This document shows, piece after piece, positions 39,750-53,099 of a DNA stretch of 64,000 nucleotides. The translations under genes were made by a program, and so were the position numbers. The notes under the pieces were generated by a model. It did no database searches, was not told the origin of the DNA, and saw only the letters and a list, made by a program, of their open reading frames with translations. Source of the stretch: Raillietiella orientalis (taxonomy: Eukaryota); contig JAYWIR010000016.1 of the NCBI GenBank assembly GCA_036172245.1, positions 992,001 to 1,056,000 of the forward strand. Reading direction: 5' to 3'. The stretch's first letter is position 1. The number at the start of each line of letters is the position of its first letter.

Positions 39750-42700
39750 ATTGATTGGAGCGGCTTCCTGAATAAAGATGCAATGCAAATCAGCCATTAT
39801 CCCTTTACGCTGAGTGAATTCAGATTTTGCGACTGCCGAGCCCTCTCAGGGGAGCAGCTGGAAGCTTTGTCCAGGAGGGGACGTTGTCCAGAGCATGCCA
39901 ACCATGTGCACACCAATCAAGAACACGCAGGAAAGGCAGAGGACGTCCGTCGCGCGCGGGCAGCAGCAATACGACTCCAGACAGCTTGCGGAGGTGTTTT
40001 CCGGAACCTTCTGCTTGTCTCCGTGCATCGTGAGGCTGTTTGCTAGAAGGCGCCTTTTTTTGTTCCTCCTTCTCTGATTTGGAAGGTGGAGAGCCGCTTC
40101 TTCGCTCAGGAGTCCATTTTGAGAGAGGTTTTTGCCCCCCATCCCCGCCCGAGAGAGGCTTCCGGCCTGGGCATTCCACGGGAGCCAAAAATATATCAGG
40201 GAGGCTGAGCCTGGTTTGCGCGTATCCAGAAAGGGGATGAGATTCTTTCCGGCAACTCGAGAACGGTGCTTCGCCAACAGGCTCCCAGGACCAAGGCACC
40301 CTTTCGACAGAAAAGGGCATTTCGGGATGGACTCGGGCCTTCTCGCTTGTCTCGATTCGTGGGACGTTTTACGAAGATCCCGGAACCCACCCGCACCCTC
40401 AGTTCCCTACCCACGCTTTCCATGTCCCAACCGACAGGTGAGGAGCCGCGAAGCAGCAGCAAGCCAAGCCGATCAGTCCAAGCCCGAAGGGGGGGTGGGA
40501 CCTTGGCACCCGCCACCATGCTCCTCCACTAACCAGATGACCCTGCCGCATCCCCTGATGCTCCGAGGAGGAGATCCGAACGCTTCCATCACCCTGCTCA
40601 TCAAGAAGACAGCGCCGCGTCCCAACTCCCCGGACGGACAAAGATTCCCTCCCAGCATCCCTTCGCTCAGCAACCGAAGCGGTCCGCAGATGCACGGCGG
40701 GAGCAATCAGAGCAAAATCTGCAAAATCCACGTGAGGCCGCGGACCAGAGCGAGCCGAAGCCGCAATGCTCGTCATGTCAGCTCCTCAAAGCTCGACCAG
40801 GATGCTGGAAGACTGATCGACGAGGAGAATGGCGGATCCACTCGACATGAGACCAGTGTCCACTTGGGGAGACGGCAGAAAATGTGACGGAAGGAACGCA
40901 AAGGGAGGCATCAGAGCATGACCATAATCAGATCGCATCCAGGAATCCCTCGGGGCCCGCCACAGCTGCGCGGCGGCAACAAGGAGTTCGACTCGGCTTC
41001 ATTCAGGTCGACCCTGGAGTCAATAAAGACGGATCTTCTGGCAGCTCAGTGGAGTGTGTGTGGGTGCCTACGGCTCGAGCTCTTGGCTCCAGAACAGGGG
41101 ACACCTTGCTCGAGATCCCCGATTCGGGAAGCTCGTAGCCCTCTATGCATCCTTCTTCCGGGCCGAGCAGAACCTACGGGGCGGCTCGGATTCCACCGAT
41201 CGCGAGTTGCACGCGGCGCCGCTCGACGAGGCGCAGAGGAGTTTCCCCGCGAAAGAGGGGAGAGCTCTGGTTCTCGACGAGTGCAAGAGAGGGAGCAGCG
41301 AAGCCACAAACAGGATCCCCTCTCCAGGCTGGGGCTGCATCCCCACAAAGAGAACTCACCGACAGTGAGTGCGCCGGTTTCTTCTCCAGGGAAACCCATG
41401 GACGCAACGATCGCTCTTCTCCCTCTGACGGGCGAGGAGTCCCCTTCCCTGGGATGATTCCCCTGTTCAGGTGGCGACTGCATCCTCTCCTCATGACTCA
41501 CCCGGGTTGCCTTAGGACGACGGTGGTCGTTTGGAGTCAACGAAGCTTGCGCGAGGGGAGCGCGAGAGGCCGGTGACGTCACTCCCCCTCCACCGCCGCC
41601 TCCGCCGCCGTCGCGCGAAGATCGGATTCGCTCTCGGCTGCTGAGCGAACGAAGAGAGCACTGATCTCTAGCTTCCGTTTCCAATGGCGTCAGGCCGGGA
41701 TGCGTTCCCACGTCCAATCACGGTCTTCCGGGAACCAGCTCCGTTGCTGGAGAGAGGGGGAGGGGGAAGGAGGGGAGGGGAATGAAAAATGAAAAAAAGA
41801 ATAAGAAATAAAAATAAAATGGAGAATGAAAAAAAAAAAAAAGGAAACTCCCCGGCCCCTCGCCAAGGGGCTTCGGCACGCCCCGAGGGCTTGCTTTTCT
41901 CCTCGTCTGCTCTTGAGGAAAGCGGTCGACATCGGAGAGGAAAGATGCTGCGGCGAAAGGGTGCTCGATGCTAGTTGCTCTGGGCACGTGACCCCGGAAG
42001 GAGGTGGCCGCGGAGCGAATCCTTGCGCCGGAAATTCCCCCTTCCGCCCGCTGCCCTCCCCGTCCCATTCCCGTCCCCTCGGATTCCCCGGCGGCGGGCT
42101 TGTGAACCGAGCGGACGCTCCCTCCATTCTTCCGCCTTTCCTCCCCCTCTTTACTGCAGGAGGAGGAGGGGGGGGGGAAGAAGAGTTGAGAGCTCTCGAG
42201 ATCAAGGCTGTGGAGGAAGGGAGAGGAGCGGGAACCAAACGGCCAGATGGTGACCTATCAAATCCCAGGAAGGGTGTGGAGAGACGAGCGGAGGAGGGAG
42301 GGAAGCTCCGGGACGTGCCCTCTCAAGCCAGGCTCAAGCATCAAGAACGGAAGGGATTGAGGAAGAGGTATGGTGATGATGATGATAATGACGACGACGA
42401 CGACGACGGTGGTGATGATAGTGGCGATGGTAGTCGTCGTGACGGTCGTGACGATGATAGTGGTGAGGAGAAGAAAGAAGGGAGGAAGGACTTCCGCGTG
42501 TTGTCGAGGAACGGTGCGCGTGCGCTCGCCCTCCTCGTTCATGGCGGGCGGGTCAACCGCCAGCGGGTCGCGCGCGAGCTTCAACCGGAAGTGCCGCACG
42601 CACTCGCGACGCCGGACGGGACGCTGCAGCGTCCGGGATGCGCTCACCTCGTCTGGACTGCAGGTTGGTCCGGAAAAGGTAGGGGAGGAGAAAACACGGA

Positions 42701-44950
42701 TCGCAAGCTGAGGTTCTTGGGCGCGCGCCTTCCGCCCCGGGACACGCGAGCTCGGCGAAAGAGGCCGAAAAAACGGGAAAGGAAAGGTCGTTGCGGCGCA
42801 TGCGCTCCTCGGCTGCAGCTGCCGCACGTCTCTGTGCAGCTGACTCGGCACTTGCGCTGCTCCTGTCCTCCCCAAATCACTGCATCGATACGATTGGTGA
42901 ATCGAGGGGGTTGTAGGGCCTCGCAGAGCTTTCAATCCAGGAAAAGACCCTCTGCATTGGGAGGCACTTTCTCTTTTTTTTGGCTCGCCGAGATGAAGCC
43001 AGCATCATAATGCCGCTCCAGCTCGACTCCATGCAGCAGCAGCAGCAGAGTCTTATGAGAAAAGTGAAACGAAAGCTGAGACCCTCTCTCTGTCGGAAGA
43101 TGTGACGCCGTCATTCACCACATCCGGAAGCGCAAACAACGACGAGGCACCTGTGCAACCCCGCCTCCCCTTCGTCCCTGGAACACAACTCTTCACTCTG
43201 GCGTTCCATCATCATCATCAATTAGGGGGGAGGACAGAAGCTCTGGAGACGGAGAAGTCACGTGATGAGAATGGAATGGGGCAGCATCCATTGCCTTTCT
43301 CTCTCTCATTTTGAGAAGAGAGGGGATTTCGGGATTTCAGGAGTGACCGTTCCGTGAATCCAGGGGTCAGAGGAGCAAACCTCGGAAGTTCGCAGCGAGA
43401 TCGCAGGCTTGTTTCCAGAGAGAGATCCGTGCTGGAGTTGAGGCGCGCAACAGCAGCTGCGTGCTCGCTCCCTCCAGAACTCCAGCGGACCCCTGAGAGA
43501 GGGGTGACCAAAAAGTGAACGCCCTGCATGTGTGTGTTTGCGTGTGTGTGAGGTTCCCATTCCCTGGGTGCCTTCACTACATTTCCTTCGTTCCTTATAT
43601 CCAGACACCAACCTCCCTTCTACCCCCGAAACCTCGATCAGGATAGATCCTAAAGGGAAGTTGCTCAGCATTCCCGCATGCGGGACTGAAGTGCCAGCTT
43701 CCAGCTATATCCAGAACGGAAAGCGCCGGTACTTCAAACAGAAGAGGAGTCGCTATGCCAAAGGATCTTTCTTTCGCGAGTGGGAAACGATCGGATGCAC
43801 CCCGAGAGAGGTGGAAGCATCGAAACAGCTATCCCGTGTGTTGCTGCTAGCAATGCAAAGGGCATACCATGTAGGAACTTGGGCTGGAAACCTCAAGGTG
43901 GCTGCGAACACATTACAGTCTGCGCGACACGAATGCAACGGGACGGCTTCCTTGGGAGACATTCATGGCTGCTTCGCGTGCATCTTGGATGCGTGGCAGC
44001 ACAGCAACAACTGAACAAGAGGTGTGATGCGAGACCAGGGCAACTGGACCAGCCTGGCCGCCACGCCCCTCGCCGCAGCGCTGTCTGCTCTAATGGCAAG
44101 AGAGGACAGTTGCCTACCGGCGGGGTGGGAGGTCTCCTGCACGATCGCAGAGGCAGCCCGACCCCCATGGGCGGCTGGAGGGCTAGCGAGCTGGCAGACG
44201 CCGCCACGCCTTGCAACATTCCGGAGGGACTCCTTCGGTGGAGCGAACTCTTGAGTGTGCCCCCCGAAGCCCTCGTGCGTGGACACTTCTGTGTTTCCCC
44301 TTCCATGGAAGCAGGACGTGATCTTGCTGGTGCATTGGGGCTTCCATTGCGACCAGCGTAGCAACCTTGTTTCCGGGGGAGTTGTCTCCCCGAACTGTAA
44401 ACGGTGCGGGGAAGTGGAAACGCTCCCGCACCTGCTCCTGGACTGCGGTGCCCTCCTAGGACTTTGGAGGAAACTGGCCTCAGCTCTCCTGAACCAGGAG
44501 GACACCGCAAGGGATTTCTTGAGCAGTTTCTTTACGCCAGACGGACTGTCGTTAGGTGCGGTCATTGCAACGATCTGTTTCATCCGAGCCATCGTCACGG
44601 CCTGCCGCCAGTTGGAGTCGCAGGCTATTCTTCGAGAGGTCACCGGAATAGCCGACGACAACATGACGTCGGCTTCCAGGTGACCTCATCTTCCAGAAGA
44701 CGTCAGGAAAGAGATCTCCGGCATCCAACGCCGGTTCTGAAAAGAAGGAACGGCCGAAGCCAAAGACCCCTGTCCCCAGTCCCCCCATATTTTTATTCAT
44801 ATTTTTTAAATATGTATTTGTGGTCCCCTCCCTCCCGTTCCGGACTCTCGGTGCTACCGACCTCCGTGTCGGGGAGCCCTGCCATCGGACTTCTGTAACC
44901 TTTGTCGGGAACAAAGTTCCCGGATGGTTTAGTAATAAACGTCCCGGCAC
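39750..44950 (+). mobile_element. Ancient L1/Tx1-like ORF2 fossil, interrupted by low-complexity/inserted DNA at about 41700-43500
   Basis: NASITLLIKK...RFPPSIPSLSN (40580-40675), LGFIQVD, RRFLLQGNPWTQRSLF (~41380), P*DD (~41515), GTASLGDI...LDAW (~43950), and a clear NCKRCGEVETLPHLLLDC..LW zinc finger (~44400-44470). Stop at 44683, AATAAA near 44935. Confidence 0.65.
42370..42470. repeat. Compound trinucleotide repeat (GAT/GAC/GGT)
   Basis: gatgatgatgataatgacgacgacgacgacgacggtggtgatgatagtggcgat... seen directly. Confidence 0.85.
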
Positions 44951-45559
44951 AACCGGGTGAAAAACAACTGAACACGCTAAGGGTATCCGCTCTGCACCAT
45001 AGCATGCCTCTTACTTTGGTATGCACTACGGAACACAGGTAACGGCATGCCGTCGACGTGATTTGCCGTGCACTGGGGGGCCATTCAGTTGGGGGGAGGG
45101 GGAGGGCTCACTTGTCCCATGGGACCAACAAAAAGAAAAATAGTAATACAGTTGCACTGTAGGGGCGAGGATTTCTTGCAGCAAATTGCCAGCCGTCGTC
45201 CGGAAGCGGCTGACGTTTGAAAGATTTCTTGTCCATGAAAGGCGCGTGATCTCATGGAAAGGTGGGACCTTCCGTCTCACTCGCACAAAACCGGGTTTGC
45301 TGACTTTCTGTGGACCTCTACAGGATTGATTCGTGGCTATTTATTTGTTAGCTCGTGCTCTCCGATAAGAATTCTTTTCTAGTTATGGAAAAATTAGTGT
45401 CCAGTGCTGCAGTTAATAAAACCAACAAACAGGGATTTTTTCTTTTTTCTTTGGCTTGCACCGAATCTTACTTTATGAAGATGTGCTGCAGTGGTCTCAG
45501 CAGTTTATTCACGCTTCATTCCAGAGGGAAGGTAGCTAGCTGTCCCCACGAAACATCTG

Positions 45560-46400
45560 GCTGATCAGTTGCCATGTGAAGGGTATCGTACTCCGGCATT
45601 CTGAGGATTTGCGTGTTGCTGATCTGCTTAGCAGAGGGGTCTTGTCACCCTTTGTGCATTAAGCAGAAGGCAGGTCCTTGTTTATCCCAGACCTCCAGGA
45701 CACTATCGTCAGAATGAAGGAGTGTAGAGTAGGAACGAAATTTGAAAACACAATTACAAAAGACAGGTGTAGTAATAAAGGAAGGATCCCCCGAGAGTGA
45801 TGCTGACAAGAGCGCATGGAACGCGTTTGTTCATAGGATGAAGCGAAAAGTCGTTGAAGAAGGATCGCTGCAACCAAAATGAAAGCAATCTTCCGAAACT
45901 GATGAAATGGGAGGTTTTCTGGAACAGAAGGCTTGCATTCAGAATGTAACAAATAGCAGGGAAGATGGCATAGGATGAATGAGAGAGCCAGGAGCTTTGA
46001 TGTTGCATATTGCTGACGTGAGTTCCTGTGAAACCTTGAACCGCGATGCAGAAGTCTTTTCCTCCTTCTTGGAAGATCTGAGAGTCGACTGAGGTTTAAG
46101 GACATTGTGTTCCAGACAAACATTGTGCATTCCGAAGGGTCTCAGATATCCACCAGGATTCAGCGTAGAACCGCTATTTTGCAGCAACAAAAATGGAGAA
46201 ATGAAAGCCCCCAGCAAATAGCGAAAATGAAGGTGAAAACCTTGCTGATTTCCTCATTGCCATCCCATAAGCAGTTCCCCGAAGGGACAAAAGATGGCAT
46301 TTTGATGAAGAAGGAAAAAAAGCAAAACGTGTTTCTGACTAGACATGGATCTGGAGATTCACTAGACGTGTGCAGAATCCACCAAACGAAACGGGTTCAG
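45560..46400 (-). mobile_element. Decayed non-LTR ORF2 post-RT fragment
   Basis: GYLRPFGM then KLLALSFILCHLPCYLL...VPEN...RKIAF, resembling the GR..LI...L...P.Y......P region. Weak. Confidence 0.35.
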
Positions 46401-48554
46401 AGTCATCTTGATTCTCAATGCAAGGAAGACCCTTCAATATTGAGAATGACAATGCTAGCCAAAGAACATTAGTCTACGTAAAAAATACGAATAAATATCG
46501 ACCATAAACAGCCCAATCGAATTTCAGGATTCTCCAAAAGCCTCCTAAACTGCCCAACAGTTTCTATATGTAAATAGGCCTCGTATCCGAGTTCCCTTCA
46601 ACCGGCATAATTCTAAATAGGGGAAACTCGAGCCTATTCCTGTCTTACTGGTTAAGTAGCACGGACGTGTATTACTTTCAGCCTCAGTGGTTCGACTTCA
46701 AAAGTAACGAATGAACCGACTAAATAGGATAAGGTGATTTGTGTTAATTCAGTATCCAAAAGGGAAAAATTTCGTTTCCAAGGGATCATTTTGCTTCCAA
46801 TAAATGAAGAACTTGTGCCCCGTGAACTCGATATCCAAGCAAAATGGACAATTTTCAAATTTCATTACTAGGGATTTTGTCACTTCCTGAAGATATTGGC
46901 TGCACATCCTCTAATTATGTTGACACTTTTCAACGGCTTCTGTCAAAATGATGAGATACTGAAGGAGAAAAATAAACTCCATAATTAAAAATCAGTAGTA
47001 TCTGCTCGTTTACGATTACCGATGTGAACACAGAGCTTCAAGACAAAATGCTAGATAGATCATCTTGAAGAGATAATGTATACTTTTAGACGCCTAAGAT
47101 TACAATCGTTTTACAATATTATTGAGAATTCTTTCAAGCAAAGTCAGATGGGCAACAAAAATAGATTATAAATGAACTTATGGAATGAATAACAAATGAT
47201 TTCAAATATATCGGCAAGGTTTGATATTAAAGATCAATTTAAATTTACCGCCAAGGTGGCATTCTTGATTTCTCAATTCTGCGCATACGTCTATCCGTAG
47301 AAAAGGAAAATTATTGTCTTTCAATTATCACTTCTTTTATTAGCTTAGTTTGTCAAACTCATGTAATTAATCGGTAATAACTCACAAAGCTGAACCCATG
47401 CTTCGACTCTTGTGTTATAAGCTTGATAGATACATTTTAGTATTCTGTGTGACGGTTTTACGCAGCATATTAAGAAATTCAAATGTAAAAGCGAATCAAA
47501 CACCAAGTTTCTCTGAAATCAGACTACATCAAAATACAAAATATGAGTATGAATGAGCCGGATTAGTATTCAAATAAAGAATGCAAGCAAAGGCTGCACT
47601 CCAATGTTTTGTAAATTTAGATCCAAGAACCATTTGGGAATCGCTTGTGCACATCTCTCATTTATGGATTATAATCCATAAAATTTATAAGTAAAATTGA
47701 CCAAAAACAAAAATTCTCAACTTTAATTTTCAAATGTTGAAAATAAATCGGAAATCAATTACAAATTTGAACGGGGGCGAAAATTTATATAAAACTTCAT
47801 ACTACTACCGTCTCGTTCGTCATTAACGGCCAATGTGGAAGTTAATTTTAAAAACTGAGAATACAAATTGAGATTGCACCTTTAATTTTAGAGACATGAG
47901 TTTTCTGACTTTACATATATCAAGACTATTCTCGTTGCTTTACTTCAACAACTCGAAAGAAATTTCAAAGCAATGCTTAAAACGGAAAACAAATATTCTC
48001 ATAATTCGAAGTATGCCTTCTTGTGTTTCATATGTTTCGAAATCAGATTTGTATATCAAGCAATGCACGTACATTTTCTTGAAACTCTACCGCTGTTGGT
48101 GACTTATTTTCAAGCTGCACGATTTCATGAAATCAGAATATCACAGCCAGTCAGGATTACTTCGATGACAATGACAAAGGAGTCATTACGAACCACTAGC
48201 AATCGACTTCACCTCTCGGATGCTCCCCTTGCCAGCTGCTGTGTTTTTCATTTTATATCTGAGGTCAACAGAAATTTCCCGTTTGTTTTGACTTTCGAGA
48301 CGTTGGCAATCCCAGGCCCTCTTTTCGTAATGGCCCCCACCGTCTCTCCCTTACGGCTACTGAGCAGCGCAGCTCTGACCGAGTGTCAACGCATTCCTGA
48401 GAACGCCGGTTCGTGAAGCTTTATGTAACCACAAAGTGGTGCAACTTGTGGCTGGGAATAACCAATTGTGAACTCTTTTTCCCTTTTTCCTTTGCCCACC
48501 GAACTATTTTCAAGATGTTGGTCAGTGAAGTGTGTTTTGTCACGGCGTAATCCA

Positions 48555-49251
48555 ATGAAATCCGCAAGGTCTCCCCGTGATGTGTTGCAGAGGCAAATGC
48601 AAGATGATTGGGAAAACAGGGAGGATATAGAAACAGTAACAAGACATGTAAAGAAAATTACAGACTTCCTGAACTCCTTTGGTATGTGGGAAAACAGTTA
48701 TGCTGAAGCCTTTACGAAATGAACTTGCATAGTTGCATGCACTCTGCCGATAGGAATTTCAGAAAATACCATCTGAACTGAAAGTACTTTAAAGAGGGAG
48801 CTGCATGCACTTAAAAGTACCTTCATAAGTACTTTAAGTGCATGCAGCAATGTACATGAAATTATTCGTGTAATTTATCAATACTGATTGAGTGTTTTGA
48901 GTTTTGACAATATCCAATGGTAATTTTATGTTTATCGGTCAATTTCGATAGAGTACTCAAACTGGTTACATTCAACATAACGCCATTATAATGATGAAGT
49001 ATGGTTGACAGTCATTTGCAAAAGCTGTTAATTTACCTTCCATAGAGTGAACTTGATAAATCTTTTAGTGTTCACTAACAATATATTTTTCAGATATGTC
49101 TTGTAGATCACGCCTAGCAATTTTAAATGGGAAACTTACCAAAATGGAAAGAAAGATAGAATACTTGGAAGCAAGTGTAAGTAACTGACATGTAAAGTAA
49201 TGATGTTAAAGAGTTTTAACATAGGTGACCAAAGGGGAAATATTGAACTGA
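48555..49251 (+). CDS. BRK1: BRICK1/HSPC300, WAVE regulatory complex subunit; exons 48555-48681, 49094-49176, 49225-49251
   Basis: [78 protein letters not shown]. The [14 protein letters not shown] signature is present, with canonical GT-AG sites. Confidence 0.95.
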
Positions 49252-49380
49252 CAGAGCTTGGCATGAAATAAGTACCCTAAAGATTTATTTCCTCTTTACA
49301 TTCTCTAAAGATCGCCATTCTCCTTTTCTGTTTTTATATGCAACTGCTAGAAATTCTGAACAAAAGACAAGCATACAAAT

Positions 49381-51535
49381 TCATGGCTTTTGAATATTTT
49401 CTTCCATGTTGCATGTGTGCTTAAGTATCCAAGGATGGATAAGGATATTTTCCAGCGATAACCTGTGTTCAGGTTTCTGTTTCAAAATCTGAAATACAAA
49501 TGTAAAAATGCATTCATTATTTGCAATTTCACCTTGAAAATGAAGTCTTTGGCTAAACTAGAAAAATGCTGTGGAAAATTGTAGTCACACAGAGAAATAA
49601 GTTTGTAAGTGTCCGTTTGAGAAGGGGATTCAAATGGCGGATGTCCTGCTAAAAGTTCATAACACAGTATTCCTAAACACCAAATGTCTACACGTTCATC
49701 ATGTGGATGTTGATCTATCATCTCTGGGGCCAAATAATCCAGTGTGCCACACATGGTTTCCCTTCTGTGGTACAATTAGTAAGAGCAATTGGATGCCTTC
49801 CAAACAACCTTGAAGAAGGAGCATGAACTGACCACCCAAAATCTGCAATTTTTAGTTCGCCATGAAGTCCAAGTAACAAGTTCTCTGGCTTTATATCTCT
49901 ATGAATTACTTTTTTAGAGTGACAATATATAAGTGCATTGCTTAGCTGCTTAATGTACTGAGCAGTTCTGAAAAACAATACATAATATTTTCTTTTATAA
50001 AGAAAACATTGCTAATACCTAGGTTCGGAAAACTGTTTACCAGGCTGTTTTTGTAATTCTGTATACAGTTCTCCTCCAGGAGCGTATTCCAGAATCAGGA
50101 ATATTTTGCTGTCATTCCAGAAATAACCAAACATACGAAGAATATTGGGGTGCCTGTTTCACAAACTGTATCTTTATCTCAAACTGAAATACTCACCTCA
50201 AGTGTGTTTGGATTTCAATTTCCCTACGAAGTTGACGCTCGACCTTAGCATTGACAAGTTGGACTTTGGAAAGCACCTTCAAGGCTACAATGTACCTTGT
50301 CTGCTTTTCTCTTGCTAGATACACATTACCAAACTTTCCTTTTCCCAACGCTCTTCCAATGTCAAAATCATCCATAGTAAACCTTCTGAGAGGAAAAACA
50401 ATCTTGATAAATTACATGAGAAATAGAGGAAGCAATGTCTTTTTGGTCATATAAATCCACTTCTGTTTATGGAATTGAACATTGCATCAGAATCAGAAAA
50501 TTGGTAACGGTGAAGTGCAGAATGTCTGTAGGTATTTTTTTGGCAAAAATTGTTGATTGTAGTAAACCGAATTCGAAAGAAAAAATCGGAATGTTTTGAA
50601 CCCATCGATAATTCAGCGTTTTTAAAAAGAATTTCTGAATAGCTTTTACATTCATGATTTACAAACTACACTTTCACTACTTGGATACATATTTCAAGAT
50701 ACATTGTACTAGAATTTTCATTTTAAAGGAACTTGAGATAAATAATTTTTTCTCAAGCCAAGCCAAAAGATGAAGCCTTTATACAACTCAGTTGCCGGAA
50801 ATTTCAGTCTTTAAAAGATACTAACATAAGGTTCGAAATGAACTTTGTTTTCTTATATGTAAATCTCATGCTTTTACAATAAAGAAATTGTTTTCGTTAA
50901 AATTTAAAATTCAATTGTTCTTTATTATCCACAAAAACAGCTGTTTGTCAGTTATGTATGTTTTCGTAAATTTAATGCAAAAATTTAGCAAAAAAAAAAA
51001 ATGAATTTGAATGGACACCACCTATGATGAACTACGCATCACATTAAATTGTTTTGAATTGTAATGCTTTAAATGTTGACATTTATTATCTAATCAACTA
51101 AGATTCCGTTTGTTGTTTAAGTATTAATATGAAACATAAGATAGAAAGCACAAAAGACAAAGGAAAGACTAACTGCTGTGAAATTCATTAAGTTCAAGAA
51201 CACATCTGAAAACCAAGGTTTTAAACATGCAAAACTTATTGTAATTCTATTCTTATATACTGACTGCTAAGAATAAGAAACTACCTTTTTGTATTCTTCT
51301 CCATTTTGCCATCACCTTGTAACTTCTCGGTTGCCTTCATATTTTCTTTATTTTCATTAGATAGTTGTTTATTCTTGTCAGCTGAACTTTTTCCACATAA
51401 TTTTAATGCCATATTATGGGAATTAGGGAATGCTTTATTAGAAGCGGAAAGAGGTCTTGATAAACCAGCTGGAGGAGCCGTGGCAAAAGTCTTTATTTTG
51501 TTGGAAACATCACAGTTTAAGTTTTCATTGGACAT
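49381..51535 (-). CDS. AURKA: Aurora kinase, A-type; exons 51535-51285, 50385-50197, 50153-50019, 49967-49809, 49764-49533, 49488-49381
   Basis: [94 protein letters not shown]-terminal KEN box. Gly in the (Y/F)GYF motif is the Aurora-A-type residue (Asn in vertebrate Aurora B). The A versus B assignment is less certain than the family call. Confidence 0.93.
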
Positions 51536-51719
51536 GACTAAACGATTTCCAAATTGAAACTCACCAATAAGGCAAAAAAATTCTGCATAAAATTATTTTT
51601 AAAACCTATAAATAGAAACTTGGAGAATGGCAGAATAAGGCTTACATCAGCAAAATATTAGAATCAACGTCAACCACGATCTATCAATGAATGAACACAA
51701 CACAATATAAGGGAGTACT

Positions 51720-51985
51720 ACCAATATAATACGAAAAACAATATTCAACACTGTTTCAGACACCAGACGCAACAGCTTTTCAAAACTCTTCCAGCACACA
51801 ATCTTGGTATGCAACCGTTATATCGTATGATTGAGTAACCCAAATAAACTTGGAAAGTACTACCTGGAAAACTGCTGTTGACATCAACTTTATCAACATC
51901 GAGAACAGACATTTAAATCGCCGCTCCTTCACATCGATCAGTGATTGGTAAACGGCAAGCCTGGCAGAGTAACAAATTCAAACTG
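51720..51985 (-). promoter_or_regulatory. Putative G2/M cell-cycle promoter of Aurora (CHR, Myb/MSA, CCAAT)
   Basis: Minus strand TTTGAA (CHR) at 51779-51784 and 51977-51982, TAACGGTTG at 51812-51820 and CCAAT at 51944-51948. AACGG on plus at 51951-51955. Confidence 0.45.
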
Positions 51986-53099
51986 TCTCAAGAAATAGTT
52001 TTCACAAACACATCCTGCATTCACAACATAACCCCTTTTAAAACCGATCTCAAACGTGGGAATACTCCATAAAAATGAAGCTTACGTCTCTCTTTTTTTA
52101 TTTTTTTAACATGGGGCATTCGAAAATTTTAAAAATGTGAAAGTCGTGGAAAACATTCCTAGCAATACGCGTTGTAAAATACGAGAAATATCAAAAGCGG
52201 TAAAGTAGAATTCTGAAAAGTCTTTTCAATTAATTTTCTATTGAGAAAACATGTTAAAATAACCAAACAATTAAACCTAGCACGAGATTCGAATGTGGAA
52301 TGAAACGTTCAATAGATAACGGTAATTAGCAGAACAAATTGCATAGTGTATTTAGCCATGTGTAATACATACTTTTGAACATAATTGAGTATCCAATTTG
52401 GTTAAAATTTATGGAGAATTTCAACTAAATTGTTCTTTAAATCAAAAATAGTTCCGACTTCTTTCATGTACCTCTGTAAGTATGTAAGCATACTTTCATT
52501 TCCATCAGCTCCATCAGACCTGCAGTCCCTTGACATAGTCATCATAATGAAAATTTTACTTTCTTTTTTTAAAAAAACGTCCAGCCTCCTGAGGATGTGT
52601 TTTAATATTTATGCAGATCAAATACAATGTCAAATAATCAGTTCTGTAGCTTAATTTATTTCCAATTGCCCTGAAGTTCATACTCTTGACTGAATTAGAA
52701 TGACATGGAATAAGACTAATTTTCATAAACTGTTAATGTGACTGATAATTTGATTGGCTGCTATTAGAATGAAACATGGAGTTTTGGTGTTCAATACAAC
52801 GAAAGCACGTTACATAAGAAGAATTCCAATGCTGTCTCGTGGTTTGCAGGACAATCGCATACACTGCCGGTTTGGAAAGACTGCAAGGGTCCATTTATTC
52901 ACGTACTCATTCTTAGAAGCAAGGTGTAAAGAAATGAGTGTGATCTTTTGAAATTAAGCAATTAGATTTCCAGATTAGAAGTTTCCTGATAAAAATTTTG
53001 ATTTCCAGAACCCTCATTGAACCCATACATTAGCACTCTAAGGTACTTTGAGGTTCCCTTCTTAGAAAGAAATATCCAAGCAAGCTTTTTCTGGGAGGA

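Noticed and set aside
41826..43010. 394-aa ORF with poly-K, poly-G and poly-D
   Set aside because: Its features come from homopolymers and a GAT/GAC microsatellite; there is no recognisable domain or splice structure.
24000..45000. GC-rich block as bacterial contamination, HGT or an endogenous virus
   Set aside because: No gene-dense codon-structured ORFs, GC changes gradually, and the block contains microsatellites and LINE motifs.
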